A stretch of DNA of 52,720 nt, taken from NCBI GenBank assembly GCA_965660855.1, contig CBFIBM010000013.1:1-52720 (forward strand). Direction: 5' to 3'. Of the stretch, positions 28,927-39,500 are shown piece by piece. A program made the position numbers and the translations under genes. The stretch's first letter is position 1. Each line of letters starts with the position of its first letter. A model generated the notes under the pieces. The model saw only the letters and a list, made by a program, of their open reading frames with translations. It was not told the origin of the DNA and did no database searches. The DNA comes from an uncultured bacterium. GTDB taxonomy: Bacteria > Fidelibacterota > Marinisomatia > Marinisomatales > UBA1611.

Positions 28927-29421
28927 ATGTCCTTAGCGGATTTAGGGAATCTGGGTGAGTTAGTTGCTGCAATAGCTACTGTTTTAACTCTTGCCTACTT
29001 AGCTATTCAGTTAAAACAAAATACAAATGCTTTAAGGTCCCAAACATTTCAACAAAGTAGTATGGATATGAGTTTGACAGCAAATGCTATATCTAGTAAT
29101 AAAGAGCTAGCATCTATTTTAGTAAAAGCTAAAGATAATTTAGATGAATTGAATCCTGTTGAAAAATTAAGATTTCACTTTTGGATGTTAGTTGCCATAA
29201 GAAGATTTGAAGCAATATTTGTGCAAATGGAATATGGATCTATTGACCCCATAAGGATAGAGGGTTTTGAATATTCAATTATATCATTACTAGCAAATGG
29301 AGGTGCAGCTCAATGGTGGAATTTGACTAAGAGTGCATTTAGTAATGATTTTGTTAAATATGCTGATCAAAAATTAAGTTCAGGGAATTATAATAAATCC
29401 ATTCACCCAACTGATTCATAG
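28927..29421 (+). CDS. Hypothetical protein with one N-terminal TM helix
   Basis: RBS AGGAG; LGNLGELVAAIATVLTLAYLAIQL helix; 164 aa. Confidence 0.75.
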   Translation: MSLADLGNLGELVAAIATVLTLAYLAIQLKQNTNALRSQTFQQSSMDMSLTANAISSNKELASILVKAKDNLDELNPVEKLRFHFWMLVAIRRFEAIFVQMEYGSIDPIRIEGFEYSIISLLANGGAAQWWNLTKSAFSNDFVKYADQKLSSGNYNKSIHPTDS

Positions 29422-29450
29422 AAAACATATATCCTTAAAATATTTATAAA

Positions 29451-30074
29451 ATGCAATTTGAATCGTATTTAACAATGTCAATCATTTGTTTTTTAGGAGC
29501 AATAACTCCTGGTCCTAGCCTCGCTATTGTAATAAGAAATACAATTGCAGGAGGCTGTAGACAAGGTATCTTAACAGGTGTTGGTCATGGTGTAGGATTG
29601 ACTATATATGCTTTCGTAGCAATTATGGGCATAACATCAATTATCATTCCAGACAGTTACATTTTAGAAATTATAAAATTTTTTGGGATAGTAGTCTTAT
29701 TGAAAATATCTCTTGAACTGATTTTAAAAAAAGATTTAATAAATGGAAATGAAAGAAAAAAAAATGAGAATAAAAAAGGATTTATTGATGGTTTTTTGAT
29801 CTCATTTTTAAATCCAAAAATACTGATTTTCCTTACTGCTGTATTCAGCCAATTTATATCTGCTGATTTGCAAATAAATGATAAAATATATATGGCATTT
29901 ATTGCTGGAATTATCGATATGACCTGGTATGTCTTTGTAGCAATTTCTATATCAAAAAGCGGTGGTTTAATAAATTACATGCAAAAGAAGAAAAAGTACG
30001 TGGATAAAGTAACCGGATTTTTTTTACTGGTACTTAGTTCTTATTTAATACTTGAGAACTTTATAAATCTTTAA
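29451..30074 (+). CDS. LysE/RhtB family amino-acid exporter
   Basis: ITPGPS, G...G...GHG and GFLISFLNPK motifs; about six TM segments. Confidence 0.9.
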   Translation: MQFESYLTMSIICFLGAITPGPSLAIVIRNTIAGGCRQGILTGVGHGVGLTIYAFVAIMGITSIIIPDSYILEIIKFFGIVVLLKISLELILKKDLINGNERKKNENKKGFIDGFLISFLNPKILIFLTAVFSQFISADLQINDKIYMAFIAGIIDMTWYVFVAISISKSGGLINYMQKKKKYVDKVTGFFLLVLSSYLILENFINL

Positions 30075-31434
30075 GATCCTTTAGCAGCTGTTGAAGCATA
30101 TCTTTAGCATCTCCAAAAACCATAATAGAATTTTCGTAGCCAAATAATTCATTTTGAATTCCAGCAAAGCCAGTATTCATTGTTCTTTTATTTATTATAA
30201 CAGTTCTTGATTTATCTACATCCAATATTGGCATTCCGTGTATGGGTGAGGACGTGTCATGTCTAGCTGCAGGATTTACAACATCATTGGCACCTAAAAC
30301 CAAGGCTACATCACAATCTTCGAATTCAGAGTTTATTTCATCAAGATCCTTTAATTGCTCATATGGTATATTTGCTTCAGCTAAAAGAACATTCATATGC
30401 CCAGGCATTCTTCCAGCAACAGGGTGGATTGCATAGTAAACTTTTTTGTTATTTTTCTCTAAAAACTCAGCTACTTCTCTTACAGCATGCTGAGCCTGAG
30501 CAACTGCAAGGCCGTAACCAGGAACAATAATAATCTTTTCAGCCGCATCAAAAATCATAGCGGCTTCTTCAGTAGAATAACTTTTTATTGAAACTTGTTT
30601 TCCAGTTTCACTTACGCTTGATTCTTCTTGTAGTCCAACAGCACCAAAAATCACATTAGAGAGGCTTCTATTCATACCTTTACACATAATATTGGTTAAT
30701 ATTAATCCAGAAGCGCCAACGAGTGCTCCAGATATTATCAAACCATTATTCATCAATACAAATCCAGTTGCAGCTGCAGCTACACCAGAGTATGAATTTA
30801 AAAGAGAAACAACTACAGGCATGTCTGCTCCACCAATTGGGATGGTCAGTGTGATTCCTAAAACTGCAGAAAGAGCAATAAGGTAATAAAAATATTTTAC
30901 ATTTGAAGTATCAGAAGTAGATAAAAATATACCAATAGCAACTAATGCTAGAGCTAAAAGTGCATTAATGATTTGCTGACCACGAAAAACAATAGGTTGT
31001 CCACTTATAAAGCCTTGTAATTTTCCAAATGCAATAAAACTTCCGGTAAGTGTTAATGTTCCAACGAAAACTGAGATACATATTATAGTGATCGTAAATA
31101 CGCTTATACTACCTCCTTTTAAAAATTCTGCAGCAGCAACTAAAGCTGAAGCACCACCGCCAAAACCATTAAATATTGCAACCATTTGGGGCATTTGAGT
31201 CATTTCTACTTTAATTGCGAAGAGTGCCCCAATAATTGATCCAATAATCATACCGATTAAAATAAGTTTTAAATCAATTTGACCATTTGAAACTAGAGTC
31301 GCAACAATTGCTATTAGCATTCCCATTGCTGAAATAAAATTCCCTTTTCTTGCAGTTTTAGGGTGACTTAGTTTTTTTATACCAAAGATAAATAGAACAG
31401 AGGCTAGTACATAAGATAAGTTTGTAATAAGCAT
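30061..31434 (-). CDS. pntB: NAD(P) transhydrogenase subunit beta
   Basis: MTQMPQMVAIFNGFGG, IGGADMPVVVSLLNSYSG, VPGYGLAVAQAQH, HPVAGRMPGHMNVLLAEA. Start moved to the Met at 31434, which has an AGGAG RBS. Confidence 0.97.
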   Translation of the reverse strand: MLITNLSYVLASVLFIFGIKKLSHPKTARKGNFISAMGMLIAIVATLVSNGQIDLKLILIGMIIGSIIGALFAIKVEMTQMPQMVAIFNGFGGGASALVAAAEFLKGGSISVFTITIICISVFVGTLTLTGSFIAFGKLQGFISGQPIVFRGQQIINALLALALVAIGIFLSTSDTSNVKYFYYLIALSAVLGITLTIPIGGADMPVVVSLLNSYSGVAAAATGFVLMNNGLIISGALVGASGLILTNIMCKGMNRSLSNVIFGAVGLQEESSVSETGKQVSIKSYSTEEAAMIFDAAEKIIIVPGYGLAVAQAQHAVREVAEFLEKNNKKVYYAIHPVAGRMPGHMNVLLAEANIPYEQLKDLDEINSEFEDCDVALVLGANDVVNPAARHDTSSPIHGMPILDVDKSRTVIINKRTMNTGFAGIQNELFGYENSIMVFGDAKDMLQQLLKDLKDL

Positions 31435-31441
31435 GTCTAAA

Positions 31442-31711
31442 CTATCTCCTTTTAAACATTTTAAGCATTCTATCGGTAACCATGAATCCACCAACAACAT
31501 TTACAGTTGCAAATATTACTGCAAATAGTCCTAAATATGTTCCAATGCTTCCACTTAAATCAGTGGATATTATAGCTCCTACAACAGCAATTCCAGAAAT
31601 TGCATTTGAGCCACTCATTAAAGGGGTATGCAATGTGGGAGGAACTTTCGTTATAATTTCTACTCCAACAAAGATTGCCAAAATAAAAACTGTCAGTATA
31701 TTTACATCCAT
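31442..31711 (-). CDS. pntAb: NAD(P) transhydrogenase subunit alpha part 2 (membrane domain)
   Basis: KVPPTLHTPLMSGSNAISG, NVVGGFMVTDRML. Confidence 0.95.
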   Translation of the reverse strand: MDVNILTVFILAIFVGVEIITKVPPTLHTPLMSGSNAISGIAVVGAIISTDLSGSIGTYLGLFAVIFATVNVVGGFMVTDRMLKMFKRR

Positions 31712-31716
31712 AATGT

Positions 31717-32853
31717 TTATTTACCTTTTAATGCTTTTAAAGTTTGTTTATCAGTAACCTTACCATCAGTTGTAAAAAGTGCGCCGGAAATTATTTCATC
31801 TTCAAGATCAAGGGTTAATTTTTTATCTTTTATCAAATAAGTTAAAAATGCCAATATATTTTTAGAGTATAGCTCGCTAGCATGAACTGGCATAGTTCCT
31901 GGTATATTTGATGTTCCATCAATTGTGATTTGATAAATTTCAATTATTTCATCTTTTTTAGTTAACTCACAATTTCCACCATTTTCAGATGCTAGATCCA
32001 TTATGACTGATCCAGGTTTCATTGTCTCTACCATCGATTTTGTAATTAGTAAAGGGGCGGGTCTCCCTGGTATTAACGCTGTTGTAATAACAATATCAGC
32101 TGATTGGAGATGCTTGTGCATCAATTGTTGTTGTTTTTCTTTGTATTCATCAGAAGTTTCCTTTGCATATCCACCCTCACCGACACCATCATCAGATTCG
32201 GATTCAACTTCTATAAATTTAGCTCCTAAAGATTCTACTTGTTCCCTTACCACAGGTCTTACATCAAATGCTTCAACTTGAGCGCCCAATCGTTTTGCGG
32301 TTGCAATCGCTTGAAGCCCAGCGACCCCAGCTCCAATAATCAATACTTTTGCTGGTCTTATGGTACCAGCTGCGGTCATAAGGAGAGGCATATATACACT
32401 TAGTCTATTGGCAGCCATAAGCACTGATTTATACCCTGCAATATTTGCTTGTGATGAAAGAGCATCCATTTTTTGTGCTAGCGTAGTTCTTGGTATTAGA
32501 TGCATAGAAAATCCATTAATTGAATGTTGACTTAATGTGGAAACATAATCTAATTCCCTAGTTGTTTGGCATAACGAAATAATAGAGGAGCCTTTTTTCA
32601 TCATTTTTACATTATTTAATTCTGGAGCTAAAACTCCTAAAACAATATCGGCTTTAGAAAATGAATCAGATGGATTTTTTACAATAGTTGCACCTTTTTT
32701 TGAATATTCTTCATCTGAAATGAATGATTTTTCTCCAGCTGATGACTCAACGTGCACTTCTATACCTAGTTTGATTAAATCTTTTATAGAGCTTGGAGTG
32801 GCTGAAACGCGAGTTTCACTTTTATTATTTTCTTTAGGTATAAATACAATCAT
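31717..32853 (-). CDS. pntAa: NAD(P) transhydrogenase subunit alpha part 1 (NAD-binding domain I)
   Basis: ETRVSATP, IPRTTLAQKMDALSSQANIAGY, GAGVAGLQA, GGYAKE, TTALIPGRPAP. Confidence 0.96.
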   Translation of the reverse strand: MIVFIPKENNKSETRVSATPSSIKDLIKLGIEVHVESSAGEKSFISDEEYSKKGATIVKNPSDSFSKADIVLGVLAPELNNVKMMKKGSSIISLCQTTRELDYVSTLSQHSINGFSMHLIPRTTLAQKMDALSSQANIAGYKSVLMAANRLSVYMPLLMTAAGTIRPAKVLIIGAGVAGLQAIATAKRLGAQVEAFDVRPVVREQVESLGAKFIEVESESDDGVGEGGYAKETSDEYKEKQQQLMHKHLQSADIVITTALIPGRPAPLLITKSMVETMKPGSVIMDLASENGGNCELTKKDEIIEIYQITIDGTSNIPGTMPVHASELYSKNILAFLTYLIKDKKLTLDLEDEIISGALFTTDGKVTDKQTLKALKGK

Positions 32854-32968
32854 GTGCGTTTTCTTTTATATAATTTCTAAAATCTGAGGCAGGAAATTAA
32901 TACCAATCATTCCAGATTTCACCCTGAAATAATTTGTATTTTTTTCTTAAGCTTTATTAACAAATATA

Positions 32969-35656
32969 ATGGAAAAAATGAAAAAAATATTACTAATCAT
33001 ATCAATTATTTTGAATTTGGGATATTCAACTACTTATTTAGTACCTGATGATTACAACCTTATTCAAGTAGCGATTGAAGCATCGATTGATGGCGATTCA
33101 ATTATTGTTTCGCCGGGGCTGTACTCTGAAAATATTGATTTTTTAGGTAAAGAAATTGTGGTTACTTCACTTTTTGAAGCAAATGATGATTCTACCATAA
33201 TAGGTTTAACAATAATAGATGCCGGTGAAGATGGAAGCGTTGCGACATTTAAAAATAATGAAACAAATAACTCCATCTTGCAAGGATTTACTCTGCAAAA
33301 TGGAATTGGAAATAATCAAGACCCAGATGAAAATGGTTCCTTTTATACCTATGGTGGTGGTATCTATTGCCAAGAAAGTAGCCCGATTATTAAAAGCTGC
33401 ATAATAGAAAATAATACTGCAGACCAAGGTGGTGGTGGTGGCATATTCTGTTACAATGCTTCGCCTAAATTTTATAATTCTATTATTTCCAGTAATAATA
33501 CTGATGATGTTGGTGGTGGATTGTATACCAGAGAAAATTCAAACCCTGAATTTTACAACTGTGTTTTTGAAGAAAATACTGCGGAATTTGGTGGAGGGTG
33601 TTACTTAAGAAACGAATCAGTTCCTATTATGGATGATGTAGTTTTTAAAAATAATTTAGCGAATAATTCAGGTGGAGGTATATCTTTAAAAGATAACGCA
33701 GATCTTCTTGCTGATAATGTGGAGATTGTTGGAAATGAAGCAGAGGGGCTTGGTGGGGGATTGTATATAAATAACGCGGACCCTACATTTACTTTTTTAC
33801 TTGTTGCTGATAACTTGTCTTCTTCTGGAGGAGGAGGTTATGTAAGAAATAATTCTTCAGTCGATTTTAGAAATGTAACAATAGCTAATAATGCAGCAGG
33901 TCTTTATGGCGAAGGTATTTATTTAAGAGACGATAGTAATTTAAGTTTTAAAAATTCAATACTTTGGGGTAATGGCTCTAGTCAATTGTATTTTAGATCA
34001 AATGGAGAAGAAGTTGAGGTCGAAATAAACTATAGTTTAATCCAAGGTTTGCAGGAGGGAATTATTCAAAATGATAATGGTAATCTTATTTGGGGTGATG
34101 GAAATTTTGATGAGGAACCTTATTTTTGTAATACGGCAATAGGCGATTATTATATTCGGGAAAATTCACCATGTCTATATGGTGGTGAGGAAGGAACTCT
34201 CGTAGGTTGTTTTGAACCAGGTTGTGGACCTGTTAATTCAGGACCTGTATGGTATATAGATGCTTCTGGTGATGATAATAATGATGGTAGTCTTGATGCT
34301 CCTTTTGCAACAATTCAAAAAGCGGTTAACATATCGATTGATGGTGATACGATTAGATTAAATGAAGGGGTTTATACTGAAGCAGTAGATTTTGAATATA
34401 AAAATTTAGTTTTAGAATCTATGGCATTTTTTCTTCAAGATTCAATTTTTATTGAAGAAACAAGTTTCGGGCCTGGAATTTTAGGAGGAAGTTGTCTTGT
34501 ACTGAATAATCCTTCAAATAATAATGCGACTATTAGAGGATTATCCTTTAGAGGAGGATCTGAGCCAAATGGTGGCGGGTTAGTAATCTCCAATTGTTCT
34601 CCAAAATTTGAGGATATTATAATTGAAAATAATAATGCAGAGATTGGTGGAGGAGTTTTTCTTTCTGATTCAGATTCTGAATTCATTAACTCTACAATAA
34701 GAAATAATGGTGCTAATCTTGGAGGTGGAATATATATCTCTGGTGGTAATCCAATATTTAATAACTTGAAGTTGGAAGATAATATTGCTTATTGGGGTGG
34801 TGGGATATATTCACAAAATACAAATTTAAATCTTATATATTCTTGTATAAAAAAGAATGAAGCATTCATTGAAGGTGGAGCTTTATATCAAAATGGAGGA
34901 ATATCGAACATATTATGGACTTCTATTGAGGATAATAAAGGTTATGATTATGGTGCCGGTATAGTCGTTAATCAAGCCACATCTAATTTAGACCAAATAA
35001 CTTTTGCTGGAAATGAAGCTGGTATTGGATCTGCTATTTCAATGCATAGCTCAGATGTTTCAATTTCGAACTCAATAATGTGGAGCAATACGGGCTTATT
35101 ATTTTATGCACCTCCCGAAAGTGGAGTAACATCATTAGAAATTTCATTCACAAATTTAGAAGATGGAATCGAAATACTTGAAGAAATGAGTTCGATCCTC
35201 TTAACTGCTGGAGAAAATATTTATCAAACTGAACCTCAATTTTGTGATGAGAATCAATCGATTTATAATCTGCAAGAGACATCAGAGTGTATGACCTTAT
35301 CAGAATCTGGTGCAATAATTGGGTCTTACAATATAAGTTGTGATGCGATACTTTCTGTTGATAAAAACATTATTTTAAACAAATTTAGTTTATTTCAAAA
35401 TTTTCCCAATCCATTCAATCCATCTACTAATATTAAGTTCCACATTCAGCATGGAGACATGTATGAGCTATCAATTTTTGGATTAAGCGGCAATTTAATC
35501 CTTACTCTTTTTTCTGAATTTAAAGGGCCCGGAAATCATTTTGTACAATGGAATTCTAGAGATATCAATGGCCTAAAAGTACCCAGTGGAACATATATTT
35601 ATGTACTAAAAAGTATGAGTCACAAAGAATCACGAAAGATGATATTGCTAAAATAG
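32969..35656 (+). CDS. Secreted right-handed beta-helix / DUF1565-like protein with a T9SS-like CTD
   Basis: VPDDYNLIQVAI...DGDSIIVSPGLYSEN; N.A..GGG coils; GDDNNDGSLDAPFATIQKA; QNFPNPFNP tail. Start may be the Met at 32978. Confidence 0.85.
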   Translation: MEKMKKILLIISIILNLGYSTTYLVPDDYNLIQVAIEASIDGDSIIVSPGLYSENIDFLGKEIVVTSLFEANDDSTIIGLTIIDAGEDGSVATFKNNETNNSILQGFTLQNGIGNNQDPDENGSFYTYGGGIYCQESSPIIKSCIIENNTADQGGGGGIFCYNASPKFYNSIISSNNTDDVGGGLYTRENSNPEFYNCVFEENTAEFGGGCYLRNESVPIMDDVVFKNNLANNSGGGISLKDNADLLADNVEIVGNEAEGLGGGLYINNADPTFTFLLVADNLSSSGGGGYVRNNSSVDFRNVTIANNAAGLYGEGIYLRDDSNLSFKNSILWGNGSSQLYFRSNGEEVEVEINYSLIQGLQEGIIQNDNGNLIWGDGNFDEEPYFCNTAIGDYYIRENSPCLYGGEEGTLVGCFEPGCGPVNSGPVWYIDASGDDNNDGSLDAPFATIQKAVNISIDGDTIRLNEGVYTEAVDFEYKNLVLESMAFFLQDSIFIEETSFGPGILGGSCLVLNNPSNNNATIRGLSFRGGSEPNGGGLVISNCSPKFEDIIIENNNAEIGGGVFLSDSDSEFINSTIRNNGANLGGGIYISGGNPIFNNLKLEDNIAYWGGGIYSQNTNLNLIYSCIKKNEAFIEGGALYQNGGISNILWTSIEDNKGYDYGAGIVVNQATSNLDQITFAGNEAGIGSAISMHSSDVSISNSIMWSNTGLLFYAPPESGVTSLEISFTNLEDGIEILEEMSSILLTAGENIYQTEPQFCDENQSIYNLQETSECMTLSESGAIIGSYNISCDAILSVDKNIILNKFSLFQNFPNPFNPSTNIKFHIQHGDMYELSIFGLSGNLILTLFSEFKGPGNHFVQWNSRDINGLKVPSGTYIYVLKSMSHKESRKMILLK

Positions 35657-35720
35657 TGACATAAAGCACTTAGCTAGGTATATTAGTTCTCTTTTTATCG
35701 AGTTTGCATTAACTTGTATA

Positions 35721-36482
35721 ATGAGAGATTTTATGAAAATTAGAATTATTAAGCTAAAACCCACTGTTTTTATAAGTTTAATTCTTAGTTATTTTAATTT
35801 ATTTGGTCAATCTTCTACTGATTTACTAGGTCATTGGATTGGAACAGAAGATCTGAATTCACCAAATATTTCATATGAATATCGCAATATCTCCTTACAC
35901 GTTAATGAGGGTGGAGAAAGGGAAGGATTTTTAATTTACACTTCATCATCAGATTTTTTATATAACGATGACTTAGATTGGGCTTATCATTACAATAGTT
36001 TTAATAAAAACATAAACCAAATTACTTTTTTAAGAAGATTTATCACTCCACTTGGAGTAGTTGGCCATGAGGAAATAAAATATAATGTCTTAGAATTTGA
36101 AAATGATTTTTTATTAGCTGTGCATGAGTCTATTGATGGTAATATTTATCATCAAATTAGATTAGAACGAGCAAGCTTAAACCTAAGAGATGTAATACCG
36201 GGTCAGTTTTCTTCAATAGTTAATTTCCCCAATCCATTTAATCCGAAAACACAATTAAAAGTAACTATTGAAAAAACTGGTAGTTATCAAATAAAAATTT
36301 TAAACATCGAAGGTAAAGAGGTTTTATCACTATATAATGGTCTTCTAAATAATGGAGAATTCAAACTTGAATGGAATGGTCAAAGCAATCATGGTCAAAA
36401 TTTGTCTAGTGGTATTTATTTTAGTGTTCTGATGAAAGATGGAATAATCATTAATAAAAATAGGATGATATTGTTAAAATAA
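35721..36482 (+). CDS. Small secreted protein with a T9SS-like CTD
   Basis: Signal peptide, a ~120-aa beta-rich domain (LLGHW...), then NFPNPFNP...LSSGIYF...RMILLK. Confidence 0.78.
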   Translation: MRDFMKIRIIKLKPTVFISLILSYFNLFGQSSTDLLGHWIGTEDLNSPNISYEYRNISLHVNEGGEREGFLIYTSSSDFLYNDDLDWAYHYNSFNKNINQITFLRRFITPLGVVGHEEIKYNVLEFENDFLLAVHESIDGNIYHQIRLERASLNLRDVIPGQFSSIVNFPNPFNPKTQLKVTIEKTGSYQIKILNIEGKEVLSLYNGLLNNGEFKLEWNGQSNHGQNLSSGIYFSVLMKDGIIINKNRMILLK

Positions 36483-36520
36483 GGTTTATTTTGCACTGCT
36501 TTCCTGTTTTATATTAGTAC

Positions 36521-39500
36521 ATGTCTATATTACAAATTTTATGTATACTATTATTTCTGACGACTCAACAACTTCACGCTACATGGTTTGATAATATTCC
36601 CAGGGTAATTACACAGCCAAATGGCGAAAAAATAAGATGTTTTGTGACAGGAGATCAATACGTAAGAAGATTGCATGATGAAAATAATTATACAATTATT
36701 CAAAGCAAAGAAGATGGCTTTTATTATTATGCTGAAAAAAATGAAATTGATAAATTAATTCCCTCTACATTCAAAGTTGGATCCGTAAATCCTTTGGAGT
36801 TAGATATTGAGAAAGGATTGAAAGTGGAACATTCTGATTATTTGCAGAGGAAAACATTTTATAATAATCCAAATGGTAGTAGAAATGGAAGAGATGCACC
36901 AAGTACAGGTGAGATCAGCCAAATTAATATTTTTATAAGATTTGCTGATGATCCGGACTTTCCTCAGCCTAGATCCTATTATGATGAAATCTTTCAAACA
37001 GAGGAAGAGGAGCCTTCCCTTAAGCATTATTTTTTAGATATATCTCATGATTCATTATTGGTAAATACCTATCATTACCCTGGTACATTTACTGGTGCGA
37101 ATACTGCATACGTTGATTCTTATAATAGAGCTTATTACGAACCTTATACGGCAGCAAATACTCAAGGTTACAATGGAGATGCAGAAAGAACTCAAAGAGA
37201 ACATAATTTATTAGCTAATGCATTAAACTCCGTATCATCAAATATATCCTCCCTTTTGAATATAGATGCTAATAATGATGGTTATGTAGATGCAGTTTCA
37301 TTTGTCGTTTATGGTAATCCAGGTGATTGGTCTGACTTATTGTGGCCTCATAGATGGAGTCTGTTTTCTCAAAATGTTAGCATTAATGGTGCGCAGGTTT
37401 CAGACTATCTGTTTATGTTGTCGGAGTCATGGTATTTTAATGTAGGAGTGTTATGTCACGAATTTGGTCATGTTTTAGGTGCTCCAGATTACTACCATTA
37501 TTCTTCAACTGGCGCTCCCACTCCTGTTGGTGGTTGGGATGTTATGGCATCGAATGGAAACCCTCCTCAGCTACCAAGTGCATTTACACAATGGAAATAC
37601 TTCGACTGGGGTGCAGTTCCTGAAATAACAGAAAGTGGGACTTATACATTACATCCTTTAAATACCCCTGAAGGAAATTCTTACAAAATTTTCTCTCCAA
37701 ACTCAGACACAGAATATTTTATTCTCGAGTATAGAACTCAGGATGGTATGTATGAAGAAAATTTACCCGGGAATAGATCTGGTTTAATTATTTACAGAGT
37801 AAATCCAAATGCTGGAAATGGAAATGCTCAAGGCCCTCCAGATGAACTTTATGTATATAGACCAGGTGGCTCAATCAATAATAATGGAAGTTTTGAGACT
37901 GCTCCATTTAGCGCAGATTATGGTACTACAGAGTTTAATGATAATACAGATCCAGCATGTTTTTTGTATAATGATGGCAACGAAATTGATGGTGGGCTGA
38001 ATATCTATAATATAACTGAATCTGGTGAAACAATTTCGTTTACAGTATCATTTGGAATACCTGAATTAACTGTTAACCCAAACATAATAAGTTTAGACTT
38101 ACAGTATGGAGATAATTTTAATCAGGTTGTAGAAGTAATGAATACAGGGGACCTAGAAACAGTTATGACTTTTGAAGCAAGCCTTGGAGGAGCTGTTCCA
38201 TTTCAAAATCCACAAGGTGGCCCTGATCAAGGTGGTTATTTCTGGACTTCTGTTAATGACGAGAGCCCTGAAATAGGCAATATATGGGTAGATATTGAAA
38301 GCCTTGCTACTGAGTTAATTTTAAACCACAATGATCAATTCTCTTCGGAAATTATTCAATTACCCTTTGAATTTAGATTTTTTGATGAGTCTTATGATTA
38401 TTTACAGGTGAATGCGAATGGATGGGTTGGATGGGAAAGTTTGAATGAGAATGTATGGTTAAATGATGAAATACCATCAGTAACATTACCCAGGCCTGCA
38501 ATATTTGGATTTTTTGATGATTTAAATCCTTATAATGATAATGGAAATTCTAACTCTTCAGGCAATGTATATTACCATGTTAATAATTCAAGAGCTGTGA
38601 TTTGGTTTAATAATGTTGTCCGATGGAATACTACTGATTGGGGATTATTTGACTTCCAAATAATCCTTCATTCTGATGGATCATTTGATATTAATTATAG
38701 GAATATGGATGGTACATTAAATTCTGGAACAGTAGGATTTCAAAATAGAGATGGAACTCAAGGTACTCAAATTATTGCTAATGAAGACTATATAACTAGC
38801 AATATGTCGCTTGTTGTAGATGCAGTAGACAATGATATACCTTGGGCTGATTTAACATCTGAAACAAACAGCTTTACAGGTTCTTTAGCTGGAATGGAAA
38901 CTAGCTACTTCAATCTACAAATTTCTGCAAATGGTTTAACGCCTGGATTATATCAGGCTGCTATAAATATAGCTTCGTCTGATGCTGGTTCGGAATCTAT
39001 ACCTGTGAATTTGAATGTTACGAATGGTGTCTCTATTCCTATGTTACCCCCATTAGATATATCTTCATCTGAAAACGGAATTATTACATTACCAAATAAT
39101 GTTGACACAGTATTTACTAATGTTGGAAATCGCTATACGCATATAGAAACTCCAAACGGTGGTTTTATTCCATTTTTAATACAAGATGATTTCAGTGAAG
39201 AGATGGTTGTTTATGTTAGAGATATTTTGTCATCTTTTTTAATGGATTTACCAAATTCACAATGGGGATCAAATAAAGCTCCAATAACAAATTCTATTGC
39301 ATCAAATAACGCAATATTATTTCTATTAAATAGTGAAGAAGAATATCAAAACCCCAATTTTGAATCTCTTTTAGAAGCTGGAGTAAAAGGTCAAGACTTA
39401 TTTGCGACAGAGATTTTTCCCGAAGGTGTTTATGAATATAATCAAAGCACAGAAAGAAGTGTAGTCTTTAAGGAACTTCTACATTTTATACATATTTATG

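Noticed and set aside
31435..31500. Listed N-terminal extension of PntB
   Set aside because: It overlaps pntAb. The RBS and family N-terminus support the Met at 31434.
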